From: Octopus sinensis
Taxonomy: Eukaryota
Assembly (NCBI RefSeq): GCF_006345805.1
Contig: NC_043026.1
Coordinates: forward strand, 3,286,001 to 3,350,000
Length of the DNA: 64,000 bases
Reading direction: 5' to 3'
This document shows, in pieces, positions 25,575 to 39,360 of this stretch (within the stretch, counting starts at the first letter, position 1; every line of letters starts with the position of its first letter). The translations under genes and the position numbers were made by a program. Under the pieces are notes generated by a model that ran no database searches, was not told the origin of the DNA, and worked only from the letters and a program-made list of their open reading frames with translations.

Positions 25575-25865
25575 TCAGGTGGAGAATTTTGGGAATGTCT
25601 TCATTGCGTCACCAAATAGATTGGATTTGGTGAATCCATGTCAATTTCTTGAGCTCTTTTTCTGTGAAACCAAGTAATTCTAGGTTTTTGAGCAAATTTG
25701 TTGGTACATAGCCTAATGTACCTATAATGATAGGTACAGATGAGAATTTATAGTCAGGCTACTTGAGCTGTAAGTTCCACATTAATTCACCATAAATGCT
25801 CTCTTTTGCCTGGGCTTTTGATGGTACGTTCACATCCCCTGGACAGTTGACCCCTACAACAGTGC
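25575..25865 (-). mobile_element. R4/Dong-like non-LTR element, restriction-like endonuclease C-terminus relic
   Basis: Minus frame VVGVNCPGDVNVPSKAQAKESIYGELMWNLQLK*PDYKFSSVPIIIGTLGYVPTNLLKNL (cf. E.K...KY..L and PIVIGALG motifs). Confidence 0.65.
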
Positions 25866-26224
25866 ATCACTTTCATTCAGTCATTTATTCTGTTTGAGCA
25901 AATGACTATATTATTTAGAGAGTGGGGTTGACGCCATAAAAAGCCTTTCTTTACTTCAGACGCAGGAGTTACTTGATTTTTTTTTTAAACATCTTTATGA
26001 CGTGGTTGACTGAAGCCAATAAAGGCAAAACACTCCATTAAAATTACCAGCATAAATGGTAACTCTCTGAACACCTGTTGTAAGAGGTGCCCATCATTCC
26101 ACATCTGTGCATAGTGTGTATGTCAGTTGCCAGACTGTAAAAAGTTATATCCTATCTACTTAAGAGAACTGATTGATATTGTTGCTTGAAATTGAGTTGC
26201 AGCCATATATATGGTTGTGTGAAT

Positions 26225-26345
26225 CACATGGTTCTGGGTTCAGTCCCACTGCATGGCTCCTCTGCCAAGTGTCTTCCACTATAGCCTCAGGCTGACCCAA
26301 GCCTTGTGAGTGGATTTGGTAGACAGAAACTGAAAGAAGTCTATC

Positions 26346-26380
<35 letters not shown>

Positions 26381-26552
26381 ATGTGTGTGTGTTTGTGTGT
26401 CTGTGTTTGCCCTCCATAACTTAGCAGTTCAGCAGAAGAGAACAATAGAATAAGTACTAGGCTTACAAAGAATAAGTCCTGGGGTCTGTTTGTTCAACTA
26501 AAGGTGGTGCTCCAGCATGGCTGCAGTCAAATGCCTGAAACAAGTAAAAGAA
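26225..26552 (+). mobile_element. tRNA-type SINE family A, 5'-truncated
   Basis: catggttctgggttcagtcccactgc ... cagcatggctgcagtcaaatgcctgaaacaag. Confidence 0.8.
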
Positions 26553-26594
26553 TATATATGTATTTGATATCTAAAAGAATATGCATGTCTGTAT

Positions 26595-26638
<44 letters not shown>

Positions 26639-28013
26639 TGACTTTCTCTCAAGTGGTTACAGCCAGTGAGGTGTGCCATGGATAGAAGAGTGATGTGTGT
26701 TAGGGGAATGGGGTGCAGAGGGTGGTTCCACACATGCAAGGATAACCAAGGTGGCTCTTGGAGATCAGTTTTTGTTGTGATGGATGAATCTTCTCAAGCA
26801 TAGTGAATTGCCAATCATCTTGGTTTTTCATCTTTTATCATCCATTTGGGCGTGGCCGTTGCCAGTACCACCAAACTGGCCCTCGTGCAGGTGGCACGTA
26901 AAGCACCCACTACACCCTCGGAGAGGTTGGCGTTAGGAAGGGCATCCAGCTGTAGAAACTCTGCCAGATCAGATTGGAGTCTGGTTCGCCACATCTGAGT
27001 CAAATCGTCCAACCCATGCTAGCAGGGAAAGCGTACGTTAAACGAAGATCATCATCATCATCATCATCAACATCTCTTTAAGGATCAGCATCTTGAGATG
27101 AGTCTTCACTACTTTGCCCCATGTCTTCCTGGATCTCTCTCTGCCACATGTTGCATCCACTTTAAGCAGCTGACATTCCTTCATGCATCAGTCCTCATCT
27201 ACAAGCATCACATGATGCAACCAGTGCAGCCTTCTCTCTTGCACACTGCATCTGATTCCTCTTACACCTGGCGTTTTGTTGCACATGCATATTGCTTTTG
27301 CACATCCAGTGCAGCCTGCTAGCTTCACTCCCCTTTAGTCTTTGCATTCAGGTCACATGTCTCACTGGTGTCATGTAAAAGTGCCCATGTGGCGTCATCT
27401 AAAAGCACCCATGCAATGCCACATGAAAGCACTTGTAAAGTGGCTGGAGTCAGGAAGGGCATCCAGCCATAGAAACAGGGCCAAATCAGACTGGAGTCTG
27501 GTGCAGCTCCCCATCTTGCCAGCTCTGGTCAAACCATCCAACCCGTGCCAGCGTGGACAGTATATATAAGACAGTGCTCCAGTGTGGCCACATTCAAAAT
27601 GACTGAAACAAGTAAAAGAATAGAAGAATGTGTGTGTGTGTGTGTGTGTGTGTTGTGGTATTCCCTTGGTTGTGACAATGAGGGTCTCAGTTGGTCCAGG
27701 CAAGGGAACAAGTCTGCTCGTGAAATTAATGTGCAAGTGGCTGAGTACTCCACAGACATGCATACCTTTAATATAAAACTCAAGATTCAGCGTGACACAG
27801 AATGTAACAAGGCTGGCCCCTTGTGAATTACTGGTGCAACTCATTTTTGCAAGCTGAGTGGACTGGAGCAATAAAGTGAAATGAAGTGTCTTGCTCAAGG
27901 ACACAACACACCACCAGGTCCTACATTCAGCAATGACTGTCAGTCAAATTCCATCACCATTAAGCACAAGCTTTCACGATATATTGATATATATATATAT
28001 ATATTTATTTATG

Positions 28014-28065
<52 letters not shown>

Positions 28066-28067
<2 letters not shown>

Positions 28068-28207
28068 CGCAGGAGTGGCTGTGTGGTAAGTAGCTTGCTA
28101 ACCAACCACATGCATGGCACCTTGGACAAGTGTCTTCCGCTATAGCCCCGGGCCGACCAATGCCTTGTGAGTGGATTTGGTAGCCGGAAACTGAAAGAAC
28201 CCTATCG

Positions 28208-28253
<46 letters not shown>

Positions 28254-28472
28254 ATATGTATGTGTTTGTGTGTCTGTGTTTGTCCCCCTAGCATTGCTTG
28301 ACAACCGATGCTGGTGTGTTTACGTCCCCGTCACTTAGCGGTTCGGCAAAAAGAGACCGATAGAATAAGTACTGGGCTTACAAAGAATAAGTCCTGGGGT
28401 CGATTTGCTCGACTAAAGGCGGTGCTCCAGCATGGCCGCAGTCAAATGACTGAAACAAGTAAAAGAAAGAAA
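28066..28472 (+). mobile_element. tRNA-type SINE family A
   Basis: Near-consensus copy with a small internal deletion in the head. Confidence 0.9.
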
Positions 28473-28479
28473 GAAATAT

Positions 28480-28812
28480 ATATATGATGGCCGTCCACTC
28501 GTGACCGAGGAAGACCATTGCCGACCTTCAGGAACATTGTGCGCTCTAGGACTAACTTGTATTTTGCATTTGCGGCTCCGTTGGTGGCTAATGAGCCCTG
28601 CTCTTGACAAGCATACACGACTGCAAACATTGCAGACCAAGCTTTCCCCATTCACTATACGAGCCGTGCGCTTTCGCGCAGCTCGCTTAAGTTCTTCATG
28701 CTGGATACGTACTCTCTCAAAAGTGTCGATCCCCTCCTTAACCTGTTTCCTCCATCTGTGGCGATGACAGGCATTGTTCTCCCAGTCAGTGTCCTGCATA
28801 TCACAGATACAT
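28480..28812 (-). mobile_element. RTE-clade LINE 3' end with C-terminal C2H2-like finger
   Basis: DWENNACHRHRWRKQVKEG...LVCNVCSRVCLSRAGLISHQRS in ORF 28413-28862. Confidence 0.85.
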
Positions 28813-29062
28813 ATAAATATATACACACACACACACGTCCATATACTACCATGTAGCATCACATGGATGATGGTGATGCTCTTTTACATAATGTGAAAAC
28901 AAGGGTATGCACACACACACTCAGATATCTATACATGTTGGGCTGCTTTCAGTTTCCATCTGCGAGATCCATTCACAAAGCTTTGGTTAGCCCTGGGCTA
29001 TAAGTAGAAAACTCTTGCCCAAAGTTCTATGCATTGGGGCAAGCTTCTCAGCCACACAGCCC

Positions 29063-29098
<36 letters not shown>

Positions 29099-30590
29099 GG
29101 ACAAGAGCTAATAGTGAGGGATTATCAATCTGGGCAAAATGCTTCATAAACTCTGGTAGACCCAGTTAACAATATTATTTAGATTAGTGAAGAATTCCAA
29201 GTTTTCTTTTGGCGTCGTCCAAAGTTATGGTTCATCACAATTCCATTTTATAAATCTGGTTTTTGCACAGAGTGATATAAATGAAACAAGTTTAAAATAA
29301 TGGTTTGTACATATTTTTCCATTATTAGAGCAAATCTGGCTTACAGTTGTTTCCAGTAGTCATCATAGGTTCATTACTGATAGGTTTACTCGGTCGTTAA
29401 GTTGTTTAATTTTTCTCAAGTGATCAATAGACTGATTGAGTAAACCTATCAGTAACGTACCTATAATGGCTACTGGAAACAGCTGTAAGCCAAACCTGCT
29501 CTAATAAAGGAATTTATATGTAATGACCATTATTTTTAACTTGTCATATAGACAGACAGGCAGACAGATATAATCAATAAAAGGAGCACAGTAAGCTTAG
29601 TGTGGGGAATCCAACATTTCAGACAGTCCATCTTTGGGAAAAAGTTGAAAAGAGAGAAATTACTGAGAGAGAAAAAAATTGGCTGCAACTGATGGGTAAC
29701 ACAGGCCCACAAGAGCTTTATTCATAAACTGGAAGTGGTAAGAGAGAGAAGCACTGAGAGAGGGAGAAGCTAGCAAAGTTGAGAGTGAGGGGAATTGAAG
29801 TACAAGGAAGGGTTTTAATGAACTAAGAGGTAGGTGTCAAAGTAGAATGTCAAAAACATTCATTTAAACCTGTTGAACACATGGTACCATGTTTGAATTC
29901 TAAAACATTGTTCCTTCTGTTTCTTTGAGAATGTGGACCCGTGGTGTACAGCGTTGCCACTCACTGATGAGTGACAGAATGGCCTATGGTGTTGAAATAG
30001 GTGGTAACAGGTAGGCCTGGCATGCATAATGTTAGTAATAGTAGTAGTCATAGTATGCTACAAAAGACCTTTCATCTAGCTAGCTGTGTATGTGTTTGTA
30101 CGTATGTATTGAAGGACCCCTCTTTGGTCACGAATGACCGTGGGATCGCAGCTAGAAAGTTACCCTCTGAGCCACAAGTCCAGGCAAGGTTGTTTATGGA
30201 AGACCAGCAGCTGCCCATACATACCAGCCGCCCCCCTCTCCATGCCACTGGTGTTATCCAAGGGAAAGGCAAAGGGGCCGATACAGTTTGGCACCTGTGA
30301 CACTGCAACTCATTTCTAAGCTGAGTAGACTGGAGCAACGTGAAATAAAGTTTCTTGCTCAAGAACATGAAGGTGCATGGCTCAGTGGTTAGAGCTTCAG
30401 GCTCACAATTATGAGGTAGGGAGTTCAAGTCCCAAACTGAGCGGATGTATTATATGCTCATATGTGTATGTATATCTATGGCTTTCCAAGAGGTACTCTA
30501 ACCTGTTGGATCCTATCAGACAATCCAGCTCATGCCAGCAGGAGTAAATAGACATGAACAGATAGTCTCTCTCTCTCTCTCCCTCCCTCC

Positions 30591-30625
<35 letters not shown>

Positions 30626-30628
30626 AGT

Positions 30629-31010
30629 CTTTTACTTGTTTCAGTCATTTGACTGTGGCCATGCTGGAGCACTGCCTTTAGTCGATCAAATCGACCCCAG
30701 GACTTATTCTTTGTAAGCCCAGTACTTATTCTATCGGTCTCTTTTGCCGAACTGCTAAGTTACGGGGACATAAACACACCAGCATCAGTTGTCAAGCGAT
30801 GCTGGGGGGACAAACATATACACACACATGCAGATATACATATACACGATGGGCTTCTTTCACTTTCCGTCTACCAAATCCACTCAGAAGGCTTTGGTCA
30901 GCCCAAGGCTATAGTAGAAGACACTTGGCCAAAGTGCCATGCAGTGGGATTGAACCCAGAACCATGTAGTTCGTGAGCAAGCTACTGAGCACACAGCCAC
31001 TCCTATGCCT
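30629..31010 (-). mobile_element. tRNA-type SINE family A
   Basis: Reverse-complement copy. Confidence 0.85.
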
Positions 31011-31819
31011 GTCATGCATATATTTGTGTGTAGTTGTGTTTCCTCTTCATTTCGACTTCTTCTTTCCCCAATCGCATGGGTTAGTCAGAATGTTCTACAT
31101 CTGCCTTGGTTACTTGATGTCAACCTTTGCCTACCTCTAAGTCAGGTGGGGATTCCCCAGTTTAGTGAAATTCCTGGACATTCTTTGTGAGTGGATTTGG
31201 TAGACAGAAATGAAAGAAACACATTTTATGTATGTATCATCATCATCATCATCATCATTGTTTAACGTCCACTTTCCATGCTGTCATGGGTTGGACGATT
31301 TGACTGAGGACTGGCGAACCAGATGGCTGCACCAGGCTCCAATCTTGATCTGGCAGAGTTTCTGCAGTTGGATGCCCTTCCTAACGCCAACCACTCTGAG
31401 AGTGTAGTGGGTGCTTTTTATGTGCCACCGGCACAGGGGCCAGTCAGGCGGTACTGGCAACAGCCACGCTCAAATGGTGTTTTTTACGTACTCACACACA
31501 CACACACACACATATGATGGACTCTCCTGTTGAAGACAGCGAATGAGTGGTCAGCTTTTGTCACATGATCTGCACAACTGATTTGTTTATACTGATCAAA
31601 TGTCCATGCCGTGCATTCATTCACTTCCTCCACCAAATTGATATTGCCTGGACAGGTGCATGGTGTACCACGTGTCAGGTGTTGAAGAGATTTCAGAGCA
31701 ATATGAGATGAAGGGTTTCGCTCCAGAACACAATGTTCCACCCAGTCTAGGAATTGAAACCACAATCTCGCGATCTTCAGTGCAGTACCCTAACCACTAG
31801 ACCATGTATCCTCATATGC

Positions 31820-31884
<65 letters not shown>

Positions 31885-32105
31885 AAAAAACACCTTTTAT
31901 CAATTCAAAATGAACAATTAAATTACACCATCTAGAAAATTACATATAATAGAAATATTAAAATTAAAATAACAATAAAATACCAATGATTAAGTAAATT
32001 GCAAAATAATAATAATAAAAACATATATTTGGTAGTATATATACATATTGGTATATATACATATACACACTCACACACGCGTACATATATAAAATATATA
32101 TATAC

Positions 32106-32783
32106 AGGCACAGGAGTGGCTGTGTGGTAAGAAGCTGGCTTCCCAACACATGGCTTTGGGTTCAATCTCACTGCGTGTCTTCTACATGTGTGCATATCTG
32201 TCACCCTACCATCGTTTGACAACCAATGCTGGTGTGTTTACGTCCCTGTAACTTAGCAGTTCGGCAAAAGAGACCAATAGAATAAGTACTAGGCTTACAA
32301 ACAATAAGTCCTAGGGTCGATTTGTTCAACTTAAGGCGGTGCTCCAACATGGCCACAGTTAAATGACTGAAACAAGTAAAAAGGAGTGGCTGTGTGGTAA
32401 GTAGCTTGCTAACGAACCACATAGTTCCGGATTCAGTCCCACTGCGTGGCATCTTGGGCAAGTGTCTTCTGCTATAGCCCCGGGCCGACCAATGCCTTGT
32501 GAGTGGATTTGGTAGATGGAAACTGAAAGAAGCCCGTCGTATATATGTATATATATATACATGTATGTGTGTGTGTTTGTGTCTGTGTTTGTCCCGCTAG
32601 CATTGCTTGACAACCGATGCTGGTGTGTTTACGTCCCCGTCACTTAGCGGTTCGGCAAAAAGAGACCGATAGAATAAGTACTGGGCTTACAAAGAATAAG
32701 TCCCGGGGTCGATTTGCTCGACTAAAGGCGGTGCTCCAGCATGGCCGCAGTCAAGTGACTGAAACAAGTGAAAGAATAAAAGA
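32106..32783 (+). mobile_element. Two head-to-tail family A SINEs (32106-32382, 32383-32783)
   Basis: Second head ggagtggctgtgtggtaag begins directly in the gaaacaagtaaaaa tail of the first. Confidence 0.85.
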
Positions 32784-33047
32784 ATATATATATATATTGT
32801 GATTGAAAGGATGAGTAGAATGTCGGCCAATTCCTTCAGCAGCAGCAGTTCATGCAGGAGCCTGGAAAGTGTCTAAAGAGCCATGTAAAAAGTTGAACCT
32901 TTTCAGGATGAGAGAATGATTGGTTAAACTTCAGTCAGTTGATGGTAGTCTCTCGTAGTCAGAGGAAAATGGTTCTGAAATCTCCTGCTCAACAACCGAC
33001 ACGAATGATTTGTTTATAGCGATCAAATGTTTGTGCTGTGCAATACC

Positions 33048-33545
33048 TCATCATCATCATCATCATTGTTCGACCGTGGTCGAGACAATGGAATTTACCA
33101 TGCTACGCCAGACTTCACAGTCCATCATGGCATTACGGAGGTCCTGTTGCTGGATGCCTGTATCCCTGGAGATTACATCAGGGTAGGAGAGTGTGCGCCC
33201 TCTGGTATTGCGACTAGATGGCTTCCAGAGGAGAAGAGTAGAAATTATCTCTTTTTCAGCTCTACAACAATGTCCAGCAAACTGGACTCTCCTACCTTTC
33301 ACAAGAGATGACACAGGTGGTAGTTTCCCATATATTTGCACTTTGGTTGGATGACGCTTCCACCAGAGATTTTGAGCTCTCATAAGGAGGCGAGTGTAGG
33401 TTCCATCCAACCGCCTCTCAAGCTTCTTTGATAACGTCCAGGTTTCTGAGCCATAGAGTAGAATTGGTTCGACTGTGGCTTTGAAGATTTCAAGTTTGAG
33501 GTCTCTACTTAGATTGGATGACCAGATCTTATGCATGTCATTACC
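33048..33545 (-). mobile_element. 5'-truncated RTE-clade LINE with open RT C-terminal frame and (GAT)n tail
   Basis: ORF 33063-33536: FKATVEPILLYGSETWTL...RRVQFAGHCCR...GRTLSYPDVISRD; catcatcatcat tail at 33048-33066. Confidence 0.9.
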
Positions 33546-34272
33546 TCACTCCCTCCATGAAGCTGACATTACTTGACGAGGTGCCAGAGGGCGCCATGTG
33601 TCAGGAAGTGATTGTAGAGTAAAGTGAGATTGAAGTGTTTCGCTGAAGAACACAGTGCTCCCCCCAGTGCATTTTACATGGATACGACCATCATGAAAAG
33701 AAAGTGAATATTTTTCAGTGCTTTTTAATTGTTTATAAAACTGTAAATTTTATTGCGCAAGAGACTAACAATTATTATCATTTTCGTACTTATTTAAAGT
33801 GAAAATTAGTATAAAAATTACCCTTACGAAAGATTTCTGTTTTTGCATGTTTGGTACACACATTCATGCAACTCTTTTCCCCTGTTTAAGGGTTAAAAGA
33901 ACGCTTTGTCAATCATAGGGCATGTATATCAAACAGGTACGTTTGAATCCTCACAAAATGGATGACAATTTTGAGGAAGAGACAAATCAAATTATTTGTT
34001 ATGTACGCATCAATGAACAAGCACCATTTCATATCACACACAAAAGATATGCAATTTTAAGCACACATGGTTTGATTCACCCTTTGAAGTGGGGAAAGTT
34101 CTTCTAACTTTTGTATGTTTATTTCATAAGTTGATTCTGAATCAAATTATGTCTCAAAAATGACTTTGAATTTCTTGCATAAAATTGCAGAACTTTTGTA
34201 AGTAATATGAAATAAATTACGTTTGTTCATTGAAACATATGTAACATAGATTTGACTTGTCTTTCCTGAATT

Positions 34273-34303
<31 letters not shown>

Positions 34304-34495
34304 CTTTATTTATGGGTTAAGGATACCATTGGTTTCATGTACGAACACTCAATGTTCCATGTGGCAGATTTGATAATTGTTAAGGGATCTCTTGACATGA
34401 AACCAATGGTAGTGTTAAGCAATTAAGTAAAAATATTTTATCCACTAATGTAGTGTTCAGCACACTATTTTCATTGTTCGATATTAACATGTGTC

Positions 34496-34554
<59 letters not shown>

Positions 34555-35975
34555 CAGGCTATTTCCTGTTTCCTTCAATGTTTTGGTCAGTCAGTGAATA
34601 TGACAGAGGTCACACTTTACTGCATTCACACAGCTAAACATATGATTCTTAATCTCCACTGCCCTGCCTTCACCTTGTATCCATGTCTGTGCATAGAAAC
34701 ATTAGAAGCTTGGTAATTTTAGTTGAAAGGATTATGATTATCTCAAGTGAATTCATTATTCACTCCGTATGGAATGTGGTCTTTGAAACAAATGTTGAGC
34801 AGATGAAATATTTTATTTTTACTTATTCTCTAAATGTCTGTGTGTGTGTGTGTGGTTTACAAGAATTCTAATTAAACCTCTGCCATTTAGAGAGATTTGA
34901 TGATTAGGATGATCGTTTGGCTGTCTCATCCATCAATTCACTTTTAGGCAGTAAACAGGAATTTTAATACAAACCATCCACAATCATGCTTTTCTTTTTC
35001 TTTTTCTAGCAGTATCTAAATACTACTACTACTACTACTAATAATAATAATAATAATGATAATAATGATAATAAATAATAATAATAATAATAATAATAAT
35101 ATAGTAATAACAACAACAATAATACTACTTAGCATTCCTACTTCTCTTTCTGTCAATAAACTGTTTCTTGTATGGGAGCAGAATGGGGGGGGGGTCTTGA
35201 AAACTTCTGAACTTCCTTCTGTAACAAACTTAACCCTCACTGCTGCCCTTATGACCTCTCGTGTCAAAGGTCACTTTTAGAATGCTGTTAGATTTTTTAC
35301 TAATTATAGGGCCTTGGATTGATATGTGTCTTAATTGTTTGTTTTTTTTATCTGTTTCTGTTTCCAATTTGCAGTGATTTTTTTTCCATCTGTTTGTTGT
35401 TGTTGTTGTTGTTATTTAATGTTGTGAGGTTACTGTTGTGAATGTTGTGTGGTCAGTACTATAGGTGTTGCTAATGTTATTTAACCTTCAGCAGAGTTAG
35501 TCTCACCATGACCATCCCATCTGTGTTGAAATAATCTAAGACTACATTGTTTAATATGTTCATCATTTTCTATCACTGTAAAAGTGTGAGTTGTGTGAAT
35601 TTGGCTGCTATTTCTAACTTGTTAAAGAGATCCTATTGTTGTGTATTGTTTTTACAGCTGTTTCAGTTGTTGTTGTTAGTGTTTGACCCTAGGTCAACCC
35701 AGACGGGTTAGACCGATGATAGAAAGCGTGTATGGTGTGATTTGAGGGAGACTTGACTGCTGTTTCAAAGCAGTTGAGAAACCCCATAATCTGTCGTATG
35801 CTACATGTTTAACCATCTGCATGTTAGTGTTTCCATGTGTGTGTGTGTGTGTGTGTGTGTGTTGCATATGAATATGTTTTTGTTTTTTGCCAAATATAAT
35901 TGTGTTCAGCTGTGTAAAGGATTGTGTTTAACTTTTTAAACAAATATAGCGCATATATATATGTATATATGTGAG

Positions 35976-36006
<31 letters not shown>

Positions 36007-36768
36007 TAGAGAATAATCACCTTTTATCAATTCAATAATGAAACATTAAATTATACCATTTAGAAAATTACATCTTATAGAAAGATTAGATATAAGAAAA
36101 AACATATAACGATGATTAAGTAATGTGCAAAATAATTAATAAAACGTATATATTTGGTAGAATAATGACATGTGTTTCATGGCTATATTTAAGAAATGAT
36201 TATAGTAATTATAATTATTATATATATATATATAATTATTATATAATTATATATATAAACACACATATATATATATATATAGCCAATTCAAATAAATAAA
36301 TGGTTTAAATGTTTAAATAAAAAAACACAAAAAGAATGAACTTGAGGACATGCATGACTAGTGTTGTTGTCTTGTTGCTCTGCGAAAGGAGAGAGTTTGA
36401 GGTTTCGAGCATAGCTCTTCATTGGAAAGGAGGAAGGGGAAAGTCCAAAGATGGAGAAATTATTGCCAGCAGCGCATCAAACCGAGCATCAAGCTAATAC
36501 ACTTCTTGTGAATGTCCTCACATTCATTTTCTCTGGGTTTTTTTTTTATTTGAATTGACTCTGTGTGTGTGTGTGTGTGTGTATTAATTATGTGTTTTCT
36601 TTTTGCATGAATGCATTTTCTTGTTACATGTGATTATATATTTGGCTAAGTGCATGGGTGTGTTTTAATTGTTCTTCTTTACGTGTTTAACATAGTGTAC
36701 TAGTAATGTTTAACTTATATATGATGAATGTTCAACTGGTCGCTTAACAAAATATATAAATATATATT

Positions 36769-38040
36769 TTGGGTCATCCCAGAAATAATGCAGTTTTTTA
36801 ATACTTTTTTTATTTTTCAAAATTAAGGTAAACAAAGTTCTTTTTTAATCTAAAATATACTCTCCATTTTCTGCAATACTCTTCCATCTATCTGGTAGAC
36901 TTGCAAGGCTCCTCTTCCAAAATTCTCTTGTCTGTGATGAAAAATACTCCTCCAGTACTGTTCTGACTTCATTTACAGAATTCATATTTTTATCGTCCAA
37001 AGGATTTTGAAGACTGCAGAATAAATGATAATCAGATGGGGCAATGTCCAGAGAATATGGTGGGTGGGGAATCGTTTCCCATTCAAACTGTTCCAGCCTT
37101 TGGAATCTCATCCTCATGTGGCTGAGCATTATCCTGATGGAAGAACACCTTTCATCTTGAAACCAAAGATGGTCGTTTTTCTTCCAGTGCTGACTTCAGC
37201 TGCTCACAGTAGATCTCCTTTGTTATCCTTTGGTTTGGATTTAAAAGTTCAAAGTGGACTAAACCTTTCATATCCCATCAAACAGATAACAACACCTTAT
37301 GTGGGTGAAGACCTTCTTTAGCCTGGGGTGCCGGTCTTTCTCCTGTCCCTACCCACTGTCTTTGCCACTTGTCATTTTTACAGAGGACCCATTCCTCGTC
37401 ACCAGTCACTATTCGGTCCAAAAAGGTTCCTTCATGAGACGTGACAGCAAAGAAGAGCACACATTCACTCTCTGCACATGATTACACTCGGGAAGTTTGT
37501 GAGGAACCGACTGAGCCAATTTGTTGACTTTTCCAATGGCATGTAGGTGTCGATGGCTGGTTGAATGACCAAATCCAAGCTTCTCTGCTAGTTCCTCAAC
37601 AGTTACAATGGGATTTTGTTCCACCAGGGTTTGCAGGACATCCTTTGTGAGCTCTACAGATCTTCCAGGATGAGGCTCGTCTTCTACGCTGTAGTTTTTG
37701 GCTCCATAATTTCTGGAACCACCGTTGACACTGGCTTACACTTATTGTCCGATCCTCATAGACTGCATTAATATTCCTTGCACTTTCCGTTGTTGCCTTC
37801 ATTGAACTCATAAAGCAAAATATGCTAAAATTTGCTCCTTTGTCACTTCCGTTATAGCTTTGAAAAATAACTGTTAAAATTGAACTGCACTCTTCAAAAC
37901 TTGCACTAAGAATAAGTCAAAGGTAAAATTACTACACCTGCTTTTATAGCAAATTGATGCAGGTAGTTTTTTCGATCCCCCTCCAACTTTTAGTTCATGC
38001 AATTGAAAAAAAAAACTATATTATTTATGGGATGACTCAA
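36769..38040 (-). mobile_element. Full-length defective mariner transposon
   Basis: TIRs ttgggtcatcccagaaataat / attatttatgggatgactcaa, TA at right end, about 1.27 kb; frameshifted transposase pieces QCQRWFQK, WVPH-like SVPHKL, IVTGDEEW, HPPYSLDIAPSDYHLF. Confidence 0.92.
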
Positions 38041-38819
38041 TATATGTGTGTGTTTATATGTAAACTTTATTTCTGTATTGAGGCTACCATTGGTTTCATG
38101 TTAAGGAATACCTCAGCAATTATCAAATCTATCATATTTGGATTAAAATGCTCCTTGTGATAGACTTGATAATTGTTGAAGTATTCATTAACATGAAACC
38201 AATGGTAGCCTCATTACAGAAATAAAGAATCTTTATCCACCAATGTGGTGTTGAGCACTCATTATCGTTGTTCGATATTTACTTATGTGTGTGTATATAA
38301 TATATGTATGTATGTATGTATACATACATGCACTCATTACATGTATTGATATATGCAAAACATTATTTTATTTCATCTATTTTCAGCAACATAATCAGTG
38401 TCATGCTATTTTAATTTTTCTGAAATGATTTTTGCGATGTCCTTTAATTTAGTTTAAAACTCAACTCGTTAACAATGAATCTGTTATAACGCACTCGTTA
38501 ACAATGAGCCAATTGTTTTTCTTCCTCTTTCGTTATTTTTCTAATCTTTTTAAAACTGAAACACTTAATTTCACACGGTTTGAAGTTGGTTATCTTTGTC
38601 CAATGTGTGGTGAGTATTTGTGGGTGTTCTCTGTGTAGTTCTGTATAATTTGCAGTTTGTGTGAATTTAGTGTATGAAGGGACATGGAAGAGTAGTTAGG
38701 GTGTGGCACTCATGATTATAAGGTCATGGTTTTAATTCCCAGGCTGGTTGTGTATCGTGTTCTTGAGCAAAACACTTCATTTCACATTGCCCAGTCCACT
38801 CAGCTGTAAACGGTATCTC

Positions 38820-39360
38820 CAATGAGAGTTCTGGGAGATCCACAACCAGCAGAACTGAGAAAACCATTGCAGATGTGCATGCAGCTGCAAGGGGAAACCA
38901 TTGAATCCCCATCCGTGGGTTATCAGGGGATGTGCAGATTAGTTAGGGTTCAGTCCATTATCACAGAAGCTTTGGGTGTGAGAGGCGTGTTTGCCAAGTT
39001 TGTGCCAAAACTGCTTCCAGCTGACCAAGAAGACACTCGGGTTTCAGTTGTACAAGATCTCCTTGATTCTGTTGAGAAGGATGGAAACCTTGTGCAGGCC
39101 TCTCAACAGATATCACCAAGCTTTTGGCAGAATTTGATGCAGATTCTCTGCTCAACTTTCTCTGTCGTAGTCAATGTGATGATCACACGCTACACACCTT
39201 CCTTCCAAGCACTGCTGTAAACAGCAGAAGTGAGCTACAATGTAAAAGCTTAGTGTGCAAGCACAGCAGAGTTTGAGGTCAATCTGTGCCAAGCGGCTTC
39301 ACTCTGCGTGCTTTGGCTTCGTTACTATGGCTACAGTCCGGATACTTACTGTTCGGACCA
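38820..39360 (+). mobile_element. Internally deleted mariner relic (second family)
   Basis: ITEALGVRGVFAKFVPKLLPADQEDTRVSVVQDLL resembles the mariner linker; upstream frame gives RSTTSRTEKTIADVHAA. Confidence 0.7.

Noticed and set aside
29958-30010. CTGATGA...GAAA hammerhead look-alike
   Set aside because: No convincing stems II, III or I; the core is sequestered in a tcact/agtga hairpin
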